Assembly (NCBI GenBank): GCA_030390025.1
Contig: CM059431.1
Coordinates: 115,074,001-115,138,000 of the forward strand
From: Squalus acanthias
Taxonomy: Eukaryota
Reading direction: 5' to 3'
Length of the DNA: 64,000 nucleotides
The notes under the pieces were generated by a model. It saw only the letters and a list, made by a program, of their open reading frames with translations, was not told the DNA's origin and made no database searches. The position numbers and the translations under genes are program-made. Positions 38,222 to 50,138 of the stretch are shown here, piece after piece (within the stretch, counting starts at the first letter, position 1; each line of letters opens with the position of its first letter).

Positions 38222-39400
38222 TAATTAGAGTATCCCGGGCATTGCGGGTAGCATTGAGTGCCATCCATCACCTTCCGCCTCCTCGTCTTCCTCCTCTTCT
38301 TTGTCTTCCTCCTCCTCCTCCTCTGAATCCTCTGAAGAGGCTCTGTGCTCTGCGCTTTGGCCCTCTTGCAGGTCCAAGCCTTGCTGCTGGGCAATGTTGT
38401 GCAGGGCACAGCACACCACGACCATTCTGGACACCCAGGCTGGTGCATACTGAAGGGCGGTCCAGATCTGTCCAGGCCCCTGAAGCACATCTCCATCATG
38501 CCGATGACTAGTTCGATGACACATCTGGCGGTGATATGGCATTCATTGTAGCGCTCCTAGGCTTCATTCCTCGGGTTTCTGAGAGGTGTCATCAGTAGCG
38601 TTTTAAGTGGGTATCTCTTGTCACCGAGCAGCCAGCCGGTAACTCTGCTTCCAGGTGTGAAAACATCTGGGAGGATGGACTGCCACAGGACGAAAGCATG
38701 ATGGGAATCTTCCGCACACCTGCATAAAGATCTTTTTGTGGTTGCACACCAGCTGCACATTGATGGAGCAGAAGCCCTTCTGATTGACAAACACGCCTGG
38801 GTAATCTATGGGTGCCTTAATTGCCAAATGCGTTCAGTTGATGACACCCTGCACCTGTGGGAAGCCAGCCAGAGCCACAAATCTGAGCTCCTGCTCATTC
38901 TGACTGGCGTCATCGCAGGCAAAGTTGACATAATTGGCGGCCCTGGCAAACAAGCTGTCTTAGGCAATTGTGGGCCGCCGACTGGGAGATCCTGCAACTG
39001 TTTCCGGCAGAGCCCTGCAAGGATCCAGAGGCAAAACAGTTGAGGGCAGTGGTGACTTTGACAGCCACTGGTAAAGCGTGGCCACCAGGTCCAGCTGGCA
39101 GAAGGTCTTGTTCCAGAAGGCTGCAAATGCCTGCCACCACCTGACGCGACACCCTGAGCCTCCTGAGACACTGGTGTTCGGACAGATCGAGGAAGCTTAT
39201 CCTCTGCCTGTAGACCCTGTGTGCCGGGTATGGCCTCCTGTGAGCTGCACCTCTCTGCTGCTTCCCTCTCTCCTGTGGAGCTAGAGGTCTCTGAGCAGCA
39301 GGCTGCTGCTATTGCTGTGGCTGGTGTGTTGCTGGTGCTGTTGCTGGTCATCTTGGTCCTCATCTGACGTCCAGTCTAAGGCAGCATAAACGGCACCCAT
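38222..39400 (-). pseudogene. Harbinger (HARBI1-like) DDE transposase pseudogene
   Basis: [54 protein letters not shown]; acidic tail EDSEEEEEE; multiple frameshifts. Confidence 0.9.
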
Positions 39401-40602
39401 GCTGATCTGATAGATCAGAGCTCCAAAGTGCAGATCAGACCTCTGCCGAACTTCCAAAGTGTAGATGACACCTCCAAAATTTTGAAAACACCTCCAAAGT
39501 GTGTAAAGTAACCTCTCAGCACAAATACTGTGAACAAACCCGTTCCCACAAGCAGGTAAGAAAGCAGCTGTGAGTACTGAGTATTTATTGCCATATTTCC
39601 GTGAGATTGCTTCAACCCTCCTCAATTGCCATTTTCTTCTCGCCTTGCTTTCACTGGCGAGTTCCAGGAAGCCCGGGAAACTTGTGGACCCAAAGTTAAA
39701 CTTAAAAAGCCATGTCAATATCGCTCTAATTGAGCAACTAACGTATGCTAAGTGGCAACCCACCTCTCCCGAGAGGGTTCTGCACACGCAGCCTGACACA
39801 CTGCAGTGAAACCCGGAAGCCGGCGGGTTGGAGCCGGCTTCCCGACACGCTGTCAATTTCGGCGGTTTTAACCCCCCACCTGCTCCCAAACCCACACGCT
39901 CCTGCACATTAAAATCCGCCCCTATGGTTTAGAAAAATAATCATTTTGTTTTTTCTCTCGAGGTACTGAAAAGCCTGCATTGTCCAAACCCACCCACATA
40001 ATTACTTCTACTCTTGGTATCAAAGACCAACGGCGTGTTCATGGAATTTTAATGATTTCTATTCTCAAAGATTTATCAGTTTGTCCAGGTGGTCTGAACG
40101 CCACATGTTTGAAGCCGAGAGCTACAATTTGCAAATCTTGCGATTTGAAAATAAACAACTCATGGGTTTCTGTGATGTTGGTGCTTGGCTGTCCTGAAAA
40201 GCAGATCTACGTTCCAGTTCGAACAATAGCTGAAGCTGCTTGAGTTGCAATCAGAACATTGAGACTTGACGTGTCAGAAATTTTCCATGCAGGGGTCTAA
40301 AGGAAACCTGAAGCAAGAAATTATAATGCAGCTGTGACCTTAACCTGTAGTGGGAGTGATGGTCTCCAAACACACTTTAGCTCATTGCTGACATCCAGTA
40401 CTCGATGCTTGTTTTGCCTGCATCTCCTGGTGATCTCGGTATCATACTGGTAAGAGTAGGTCACCTGAAACCTGGCCATCCTTTTGGTTTGTCTGTTTTT
40501 TTCTAGTGAGTGTTTACTGAACATGTTGAAAATGCACACATACAAATTTGATAACTCTAAAATCTGTTCGTGTACAAAAAGTCCCAGTATTTCTTTTACA
40601 AA

Positions 40603-40775
40603 AGCAAAATACTGCGGATGCTGGAAATCTGAAAAAAATCCAGAAAATGCTGGAAATACTCAGCAGGTCAGGCAGCATCTGTGGAGAGAGAAACAGTTAA
40701 CGTTTCAGGTCGATGACCTTTCATCTGATGATGCTGTCTGACCTGCTGAGTATTTCCAGCATTTTCTGTTTTTAT
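40603..40775. mobile_element. Penelope-like pLTR remnant with a partial inverted repeat and a damaged hammerhead core
   Basis: Matches 4390-4515. The minus-strand core reads CAGATGA instead of CTGATGA. Confidence 0.75.
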
Positions 40776-41006
40776 TCCAGTTTTTCTTTTGCTCCTTCTA
40801 CTGTGTTTATTCTGTTTCTCTGAACTTTACATATTAAATTATGAATGTAAGCTTGGCCATATAGAAACTCTTCACATATAGACTACAGCAAGTAATAACC
40901 TTACAATGAACTTAAATAGCTGTTAGAAATGTGCTCATATGCCAATAAATTCTTACGCAAATATGGATACGTCTTAACATCCTCCAGCTAAACAATCAAA
41001 ACCATT

Positions 41007-41760
41007 GGCCCAGAAATTCCGATCGCAGGCCTCCCGTGGGCGGAAGGGCTGCGATCCGGAAAGATCTGCGTCAAGACCGGAGGGCTCCCAGGAGGCGCAG
41101 AGTTCCGCTGCTGGGCCTCTCCAAACTGCCGGTGCGCAGGGCCCACGTATCCCAGAGGCGCAGGCGGTTCGCAGCGTCCCTGGGATCACGTGGGTCATGG
41201 GGAGCCAATCAGAGAAGGGAATCTCCCTTCATACATTTGACAGGAAGACCTGTCAAATATATGAATAGAGATCACCCCCAAAACATAGGAAAACATTAAA
41301 TACATTTTTAAAAAACATCACATTTTTAAAATGACTTTAAATTAAAATTAAGTATTTTAAACAAAAATTTTATTTTTTGAAAAAAATAATTTAAGTTTTT
41401 AACAGGGCTAAAAATAAACTTACCTTTCTTTAAAGTATTTTAAAATATAAATCAGTGGAAATTTAAAAAAAAAACTTTTTTCAACTCTTATCCTGGCAAA
41501 AGCAGGCCTTATGCCTGCTTTTACCAGGTGCAAGAATTGTAAGTGTTTTCTGCGGGCGGAGGGTCTCCAAAAAACGGAACTATCCGCCCGCAGAGGCCCT
41601 GCTCCCGGGCAGCCGGAGGATCTGTCAAGAGCTTTCTTGACAGATCAGAAATGCCGGTTTCCAGCGCATGCGCAGTGCATGCCTAAAACCGGCATTTCCG
41701 ATGGCCCGACGGGTGGGTACACAGCGCGTACACACCCATAGGGAACGGAATTTCTGCCTC
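41007..41760. mobile_element. Harbinger-type MITE (copy 2 of the 11340 family)
   Basis: GGCCCAGAAATTCCG...CGGAATTTCTGCCTC termini; shared TGACAGGAAGACCTGTCA hairpin and AT-rich core. Confidence 0.8.
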
Positions 41761-41789
41761 AATGTCTTTGCAATCTACCTCAAAGTCCA

Positions 41790-42235
41790 CTCCTTTGTCA
41801 TTGTTTCCAAACTCTCCCCCACCACTGTCTCTGGATGAACCAGACTGTTTGCAACCTTAGCATCCTGTTTGACCCTGAAATCAATTTCCAACCCTATATC
41901 CTATCCATCACAAAGACCGCTTACTTCCATCTTCATAACATCGCCCACCTCTGCCCATTATCCGCTGAAACCCTCATACATGCCTTTAGTCACTTCCAGA
42001 CTTGATTATTCCAATTCTTTGCTGGCCGGCCTCCCACCCTCCACCCTCCATAATTTCCAACTCATTAAAAAAAAAAGCTCTGCTGCTCATACCCTATCCC
42101 ACATCATTTCCCCAGCCTTTGTCCATGCTGATCTATGTTGACTCTCAGTTCCCCAACACCTCAAATTCAAAATTATAGTCTTTTTCTTTAAATACCACCA
42201 TGGCCTCGCCTCTGCCTATCTATGTAACCTCCTCA
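41790..42235 (+). mobile_element. Decayed L2 fragment
   Basis: LVTSRLDYSNSLLAGLP motif. Confidence 0.75.
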
Positions 42236-42289
42236 GCAAAGGTGATACTATTGAAGGTCACAGGGGAGGTGGTTGCTTTTTATCTTGTT

Positions 42290-43180
42290 GGAGATAATGA
42301 TCGCCCAGCATTTATGTGGCGCAAATGTTACCTGCTACTTGTTAGCAAAAGCCTGGATGTTGTCCAGGTCCTGCTGTAGGCTAGCAGGGGTTGCTTCATT
42401 ATTTTTTTTTATTCGTTAATGGGATGTGGCCATTGCTGGCAAGGCCAGCATTTATTGCCCATCCCTAATTGCCCTTGAGAAGGTGGTGGTGAGCCGCCTT
42501 CTTGAATCGCTGCAGTCCGTGTGGTGAAGGTACTCCCACAGTGCTGTTAGGGAGGGTGTTCCAGGATTTTGACCCAGCGACAATGAAGGAACAGCGATAT
42601 ACTTCTAAGTCAGGATGGTGTGTGACTTGGAGGGAAACTTGGAGGTGGTGGTGTTCCCATGTGCCTGATGCCCTTGTCCTTCTAGGTGGTAGAGGTCGCG
42701 GGTTTGGGAGGTGCTGCCAAAGAAGCCTTAGCGAGTTGCTGCAGTGCATCTTTTAGATGGTTCACACTGCAGCCACAGTGCACCGGTGGAGGAGGGAGTG
42801 GATGTTTAAGGTGGTGGATGGGGTGCCAATCAAGCGGGCTGCTCTGTCCTGTATGGTGTTGAGCTTCTTGAGTGTTGTTGGAGCTGCATTCATCCAGGCA
42901 AGTGGGGAGTATTCCATCACACTCCTGACTTGTGTCTTGTAGATGGTGGAAAGGCTTTGGGGTGTCAGGAGGGGAGGTGGCATTGTGAATAGAGCTGAAT
43001 AATGTGGAATCATCAGCAAACAAGCCCAGTCCTGATCTTACAGTATATGGAAGGTCATTGATGAAGCAACTGAAGATGGTTGGTCTGAGGCATAACTCTG
43101 AGGAGCTCCTGCATTGAGGTCCTGGAGCTGCCATGATTGGCCCCTTACAACCATGACCGCCTTCATGTGTGTCAAGAATG
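42290..43180 (-). mobile_element. CR1/L2-group LINE fragments; the 3' part is the same family as 7025-7600
   Basis: IYKTQVRSVMEYSPLAW...; CFINDLP...FADD. Confidence 0.85.
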
Positions 43181-43268
43181 AATGTTCCTCTAGACCCTTA
43201 CTGACCTCAGTTTTGTTAGTGTCACTTGGTATATTTCTGATCACTGGCAAGCTGAACACTGATCGAAG

Positions 43269-43404
43269 GGAAATAACAACAGAAAATGCTGGAAACACTC
43301 AGCAGGTCAGGCAGCATCCGTGGAGAGAGAAACAGAGGCCTGCTGAGTGTTTCCAGCGTTTTCTGTTGTTATTTCAGGTTTCCAGCATCCGCAGTATTTT
43401 GCTA
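43269..43404. mobile_element. Penelope-like inverted-repeat remnant
   Basis: GAAATAACAACAGAAAATGCTGGAAACACTCAGCAGG...CCTGCTGAGTGTTTCCAGCGTTTTCTGTTGTTATTTC. Confidence 0.75.
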
Positions 43405-43559
43405 CTGATAGAAGGGAACTGATTTTAGCTTTATCTCTAGGCCATGCATTGTTTCTAGGTGCCCAGATGATCACAAGGGTGCCACAACTGACCCCATGAA
43501 CATTGGGAAATGCAGTAATATGATGAAATTGGGAAGCTGCATTAATGGGAAAGGAAACT

Positions 43560-43920
43560 GCAAGTGGTGGTCCCATTGAATAGTTCATTAGTCACTTATT
43601 TGGTACATCTGTGGGCAGCTAATTGGCTGATATTGAAAATGATCTCATGCTATCCTGGACAGAGGTGCAGGTATAAGAAATGAGGGAGCAGGTGACCTTG
43701 ACTGCTACAAGCAGTGTCATCCCTGGGGTGCAGGTTGTCTGAAGGTGTCCTTGCAGCAGATGGCACAGGCCTGCAAATGCCTCTGCAAATTCCAAGTCAG
43801 CACAGAGACTGTTACATAGCTGTCATGGCCAGGGCCTGCAGATATGGTTGGTAGCATAATGGCAGGTGTGAACAGCCCAGCTCTAGTGCCAGCTCATCCC
43901 CTTGGCATGCCTTCTTTGAT
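43560..43920 (-). mobile_element. Harbinger transposase N-terminal remnant
   Basis: Minus frame LCHLLQGHLQ...LLVAVKVTCSL resembles 39000-39150. Confidence 0.5.
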
Positions 43921-44004
43921 CCTCTTTGTCTTCAAATGTTAAAACCTGTGGTATGGATGTTTTGAAAACAAAGCCGCATTTAATGTAAAATAGCCATTTT
44001 AACA

Positions 44005-44645
44005 AAACAACTTGGGCATTTGTTGTTCCTTTAATGTAGAAAAACGTCCAATGGCGCATCACAAAGGTATAACAAAAAGCAGATGCCGAGCCAAAGAAGG
44101 GAGGATTAGGAGGGCTGACTGGTCAAGGAGATGGTTTTCAGGAGGGACTTAAAGGAGAAGAGGGATGTGGAAAGGCAGAAGGGTTTTCTGATGGAGTACC
44201 AGAGCTTGGGGCCTAAGTGGCTGAAGACATGGTGGTCAATGGTGGGGTAAATAGAGGGGAAGTTGCATCAGATGCTGGAGTCAGAGGAACCAAGGCTTTA
44301 AGAGGGTTGTAGAGAAAGTTATCAGGATAAGGAGGGATGAGGCTATGGAGGGATTTAAATTCAAAGGTGACATTCTTAAATTTGAGATATTGTGGGCAAT
44401 GTAAGTTAGCAAGGACAGTGATTATGGGTAAGCAGAACTTGGGGCAGGATAGGATATGGACAGCAGAGTTCTGGATGAGCTGAAATTTATAGAGGATGGG
44501 GGGCCAGCCAGGAGAGCATTGGAGTAATTGAGTCTGGAGGTGACAAGGCGTGGGTGAAAGTTTCTGCAGTAAATGGGGTGAGGTAGGAGAGTAGTAAGTG
44601 ACATTAGAGGTGCAAGTAGGCATTCTTTGTAATGGAGCTTTATTC
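44005..44645 (-). mobile_element. Decayed L2 3' fragment
   Basis: LVTSRLNYSNALLAG; KFQLIQNSAVHILS. Confidence 0.75.
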
Positions 44646-44694
44646 TCCATATGCAAGAATGTTGCTTGCCAGTAACATCCAATTTAAAAAAAAA

Positions 44695-44800
44695 CAAGAC
44701 TTGCATTTATATAGCGTCTTTCACGACCTTGGGACTTCCCAAAGTGCCTTGCAGCCACTGGAGTACTTTTGAACTGCAGTCACTGTTGTAATGTAGGAAC
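44695..44800 (-). mobile_element. DeuSINE-type 3' tail fragment
   Basis: Matches 2970-3075. Confidence 0.7.
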
Positions 44801-45064
44801 TTTTGAATGGTAGCATTAACACTGGGCAGGACATCTGTCCTAAGCTCAGAGAATGTAATGCCCTAGTTTAAATGAATGAAGCATGCATAATGAAGCTTTC
44901 ACACATTCTGTGCGAGAACTCTTATCTGTTAGCAGGAAGTATGGGAAGGGAAATGGAACATTGTATATTAGTAGCAGAGCCTAGCATCTTAATGACAGTG
45001 CATTTTCTGGTCTCCACTCATAAGAGTAAGCCAGTGTGACCAATTTTTACCCTATATAAATAAA

Positions 45065-45760
45065 GACCCGGATTTTGTGGTGGTAATGATGGTGAAACTG
45101 CCAACGTTCGCCGTCATTACTCCTCTGAAAGTGACAGCAACTTCTGGAATCTGCGCATACACAGATAAACACAAAAATCCAGAAGTTGCTGTCAATCATT
45201 CCCTGCTCCTCCACAGGATGCGCTGTAGAACTCCCCAGAGCCGGCAATTAATTCAAGTCACAGTTACTGGCGAAAACCTATTATGTTGGAATATCGCTGT
45301 TAAACCCCCACCAAAAAAGTTAAGCCTTGTTGAAAGAGATGTAATTGGATTTTTAATGGCATATTGACTGCTGAACAATCGTTCTGGCCCTGAAAAACGA
45401 ATTTTATATTTGTGGAATGTCAAATTTTTCCATTAATAAGCTAAGAATTACATGGTTTTAATATAATAATATATATTTTTTTAAGTTTGTTTATGATATT
45501 TCAGCTTCGACCTTAATCCTATATGTATGTCCCAATCTTTATTTCACACTCTGTAAAAAAAAATTAAAAGTATATTAGAATCTGTGCATTTTATTTCCTG
45601 GTTTGCTGTCTGTGAGAATTCTTGAATGTGCTTGGCTGCTTAGCCTGTTTCTTGACATCATTTGCTGGATGCTGGAGATTCGCTTGATTTGGCGCCAGAT
45701 TTAAACTAAGGTCGGGAGAGGTGAAATTCACGTCGCTGACAGCAAATTCTGCGCCAATAT
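45065..45760. mobile_element. Old non-autonomous DNA element with an AT-rich core
   Basis: GACCCGGATTTTG...CAAATTCTGCGCC termini, with the same architecture as the other MITEs. Confidence 0.45.
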
Positions 45761-45973
45761 CTTCCTTATCTATTATTATTTCACTGTGCTGTTATAAGAG
45801 CTATAATTTTTGTGATAATGTCAATTTAAAAAAAAGACTAACTATCATTCAGCAACTGAAAATATTCTTCAGTCCCCAAAGGTGCCTCCCTAATTGCTCA
45901 CTTGATAAGTACAGCATGTGGTGTGCACTGAGCGGTACAGACCAATCAGGTTGCATGTTTGGTCCTTGTTCCT

Positions 45974-48900
45974 AGAATCATAGAAATTTACAGCACAGAA
46001 GAAGGCCATTTGGCCCATCGTGTTTGTGCCAGCCGAAAAAGAACTATCCAGCCTAATCCCACTTTCCAGCTCTTGGTCCGTAGCCCTGTAGGTTACGACA
46101 CTTCAGGTGCATATCCAAGTACTTTCTAATTGTGATGAGGGTTTCTGCCTCTACCACCTTTTCAGGCAGTGCGTTCCAGACCCCCACCACCCTCTGGGTG
46201 AAAAAAGTTCTCCTCAACTCCCCCCTAATCCTTTTACCAATTACTTTAAATCTATGACCCCTGGTTATTGACCTCTCTGCTAAGGGAAATAGGTCCTTCC
46301 TATCCACTCTATCTAGGCCCCTCATAATTTTATACACCTCAATTAAGTCTACCCTCAGCCTCCTCTGTTTCAAAGAAAACAACCCCAGCCTATCCAATCT
46401 TTCCTCATAGCTAAAATTCTCCAGTCCTCGTAAATCTCCTCTGTACCCTCTCTAGTGCAATCACATCTTTCCTGTAATGTGGTGACCAGAACTGTACGCA
46501 GTACTCGAGCTGCGGCCTAACTAGTATTTTATATAGTTCTAGCATAACCTCCCTGCTCTTACATTCTATGTGTCGGCTAATAATGGGAAGTATTCTGTAT
46601 GCCTTCTTAACCACCTTATCTTCCTGTCCTGCTACCTTCATGCACTCCATGCACTCCAAGGTCCCTCTGTTCCTCTACACTTCTCAGTATCCTGTCATTT
46701 ATTGTGTATTCCTTTGCCTTGTTAGCCCTCCCCAAATGCATTACCTCACACTTCTCCAGATTGAATTCCATTTGCCACTTTTCTGCCCACCTGACCAGTC
46801 TATTGATATCTTCCTGCAGGCTACAGCTATCTTCCTCACTATCAACCACATGGTCAATTTTTGTATCATCTGCAAAAAGCAAGGGACCTAGTACTGAGCC
46901 CTGTGGAACTCCACTGGAGACAGCCTTCCAGTCACATAAACATCCGTTGACCATTACCCTTTGCTTCCTGCCTTGAGCTAATTTTGGATCCAACTTGCCA
47001 GTTTCCCTTGGATCCCATGGGCTTTTACTTTTCTGAGCAGTCTGCCATGTGGGACCTTATCAAAAGCTTTGCTAAAATCCATGTAGATTACATCAAATGC
47101 ACTACCCTCATTGGCCCTCCTTGTTACCTCCTCAAAAAATTCAATCAAGTTAGTCAGACATGACCTTCCCTTAACAAATCCATGCTGACTGTTCTTGATT
47201 AATCCTTGCCTTTCTAAATGACAATTAATACTGTCCCTCAGAATTTTTTCCAATAATTTGCCCACCACCGAGGTTAGGCTGACTGGCCTATAATTACTCG
47301 GTCTATCCCTTTCTCCCTTTTTAAACAACGGTACAACATTAGCAGTCCTGCAGTCCTCCGGCACCACGCTTGTAGCCAGAGAGGATTGGAAAATGATGGT
47401 CAGAGCCTCTGCTATTTCCTCCCTTGCTTCTCTTAACAGCCTGGGATACATTTCATCCGGGCCTGGCGATTTATCTACTTTCAAAGATGTTAAACCCCTT
47501 AATATTTCCTGTCTCACTATGTTTATCTCATCTAATATTTCATACTCTTCCTCCTTAACTATAATGTCTTCATTGTCCCTCTCTTTTGGGAAGACAGACA
47601 CATAGGGCTGGTTTTACTCACCAAGATGCGTTGGGGGCGGGACTGCTGCCTTCCGGGTTCTAGTCCCGCTCCCAGCGACATCCGATGCACAGACGCTATT
47701 TTCCCCTGATTGGCCTTGTTAAGCCCACCTTGCGGGCTTGCTGGCCAATTAAGGGAAAGCCAGTGTCAGATGACGTCAGTTGATGACGCTTCATCTGCTG
47801 GTTTTCTTAAAGGCACATGAAGCATAAATTTTTGACAGATAATTTGACAGTGTTTGACAGCATTGAGGTGCTGTCAAACACTGACAATCACTGTACACAG
47901 GTGAGCCCTTGCACCCAGGCTCTCCAGTGACACTCTCCTTAGGATGAAACAGATGGCAGCTGCGGGTGAGGGTACAGAAGCGATCTGTCACTGGTGAGAG
48001 AGGTTCTCCCAATGAGGTGAGGCCACACAAACACTTCAAAGCTTGTCACCTACAGAAAAATCTAAATACATTAAAAATGACTTTCCCAACTTTTTCTTAC
48101 CTCTGACTCACCAGTGTCCCATTGCATCCTTCACACCATTTCTGCAGCTGTCATCTATACACCAAAATAACAACAGACCCACAACTCGCCTCACTTACCC
48201 TGGCGGGGTTTCCCGACGTCGGGATGCCCGCAACAGAAATCTAAAAATTGGAAAAAGCCTCTTAACTGCCTGTTAACTACCTGTTAACAGGCAGTTAAGT
48301 GGCTATAATCCTCTTCCCGCCGCTAGGAGTCGGGTCCCTGCGCAAATCGGGGACCCGACTCCCGGGAAGATTGTATGGAGGCGGGTTGAGAGCGGGTTTG
48401 GGACCCGCTCCCATTCTTTTTGAATTTCCCAGCAGTCCCGCCCCCAAACCCGCCTCCTCAGGGCTGGTAAAATCCAACCCATAGTATTCATTAAGAACCA
48501 TACCCATGTCTTCCGCCTCCATACACAGGTTACCTTTTTGGTCTCTAATAGGCCCTACTCTTTCCTTAGTTATCCTCTTGCTCTTTATGTATTTAAATAA
48601 CATCTTTGGGTTTTCCTTGATTTTACTTGCCAATATTTTTTCATGCTCTCTCTTTGTTTTCCTAATTTCCTTTTTAGTTTCACCCCTGCACTTTCTATAC
48701 TCCTCGAGGCTTTCTGCATTATTTAGCTCTCGGTATCTGACATAAGCTTCCCTTTTTTGCCTTATCCTACCCTGTATGCCCCTTAACATCCAGGGGGCTT
48801 TAGATTTGGGAGTCCCACCCTTTTTCTTTGTGGGAACATATTTGTTCTGAACCCTCCGGATCTCCTCCTTGAATGCCTCCCACTGCTCTGACACTGATTT

Positions 48901-50138
48901 ACCTTCAAGTAGCTGTTTCCAGTCCACTTTTGCTAAATCACATATCAGCTTAGTAAAATTGGCCTTACCCCAATTGAAAACTTTTACTCCTGGTCTATCT
49001 TTGCCTTTTCCATAACTACGCTAAATCTAACTGAATAATGCTCACTACCACCAAAATGCTCTTCCACTGATACCCCTTCTACCTGCCCAGCTTCATTCCC
49101 TAAAACTAAGTCCAGAATCGCCCCCTCTCTTGTTGGGCTTGCTACATACTGGCTAAAAAAGTTCTCCTGACTGCATTTTAAGAATTCTGTACCCTCTATA
49201 CCTTTTACACTGATTTTATTCCAGTTAATATTAGGGTAGTTCAATCCCCTACTATTACAGCCCAATTGTTTTTGCACTTCTCAGAAATTTGCCGACATAT
49301 TTGCTCTTCTATCTCCCTCTGACTATTTGGGGGTCTATAGTACACTCCTAGCAGTGTGATTGCTCCTTTTTCAACCCATATGGCCTCATTTGATGATCCT
49401 TCTATCATATCACCCTTCCTTATTGTTTCTTTAGCCAATATTTCAACCTCACCCTCCTTTTTTATACCCTCTCTATCTCGTCTGAAAACCCTGTAACCAG
49501 AGATGTTGAGCTGCCATTCCTGCCCTTCTTTCAGCCATGTTTCAGTAATAGCTATAATATCATACTTCCACGGGTCTATCTGTGATCTAAGCTCATCTGC
49601 CTTATTCACTAGACTCCTTGAATTGGAGTATATACCATTAAGCATTTCCAAACCCCTTTGCTGTCTATTTCCTAGCTCTTGTTTCCTCTGCCTTCCAAAC
49701 TCACTTACTCATTTTCTGCCTTCCATTTCCAGCTTGCTTCTCTCCCTTTTGAATCTACGCTCAGGATCCTATCCCCCTGTCAAGTTAGTTTAAACCCTCC
49801 CCAACAGCACTAGCAAACCCCGCTGCAAGGATAGTGGTCCCGGCCCTGTTGAGGTGCAACCCATCTGGCTTGTACAGGTCCCACCTCCCCCAGAACCTGT
49901 CGCAATGCCTCAGGAATCTAAAGCCCGCCCTCCTGCACCATCTCTCCAGCCACGCATTCATCTGCTCTATCCTCCTATTTCTGTACTCACTAGCTCGTGG
50001 CACCGGGAGTAATCCAGAGATTACTACCTTTGAGGTCCTGCTAATTAATCTCTTTCCTAGCTCCCTAAAATCTGCCTGCAGGACCTCATCCCTCTTTCTA
50101 CCTATGTCATACCGCTATGGACCACAACCTCTGGCTGT
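45974..50138 (-). mobile_element. Near full-length CR1 LINE: ORF1 C-terminal esterase remnant, ORF2 (AP endonuclease and RT) and 3' UTR, disrupted
   Basis: ORF1 LYKPDGLHLN (SGNH-like). Endonuclease [57 protein letters not shown]. Confidence 0.95.
47605..48480. mobile_element. Harbinger-derived non-autonomous element inside CR1 ORF2
   Basis: GGGCTGGTTTTAC...GTAAAATCCAACCC termini with an ATA/ATA duplication. The CR1 frame resumes on both sides. Confidence 0.85.

Larger units (their letters stand above)
36335..39922. mobile_element. Two-gene PIF/Harbinger element, left end missing, with convergent Myb/SANT-like gene (+) and DDE transposase (-), both decayed
   Basis: WIQCRKWFNDL followed by an AG|GTGAGA donor, and a TTGCAG acceptor at 36671. 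Transposase motifs listed in the separate feature. Right end ATTAAAATCCGCCCC. Confidence 0.85.

Noticed and set aside
38222..39400. Domesticated HARBI1 gene
   Set aside because: Multiple frameshifts and stops, an altered catalytic-motif region, and location inside a transposon with a TIR and a partner Myb gene.
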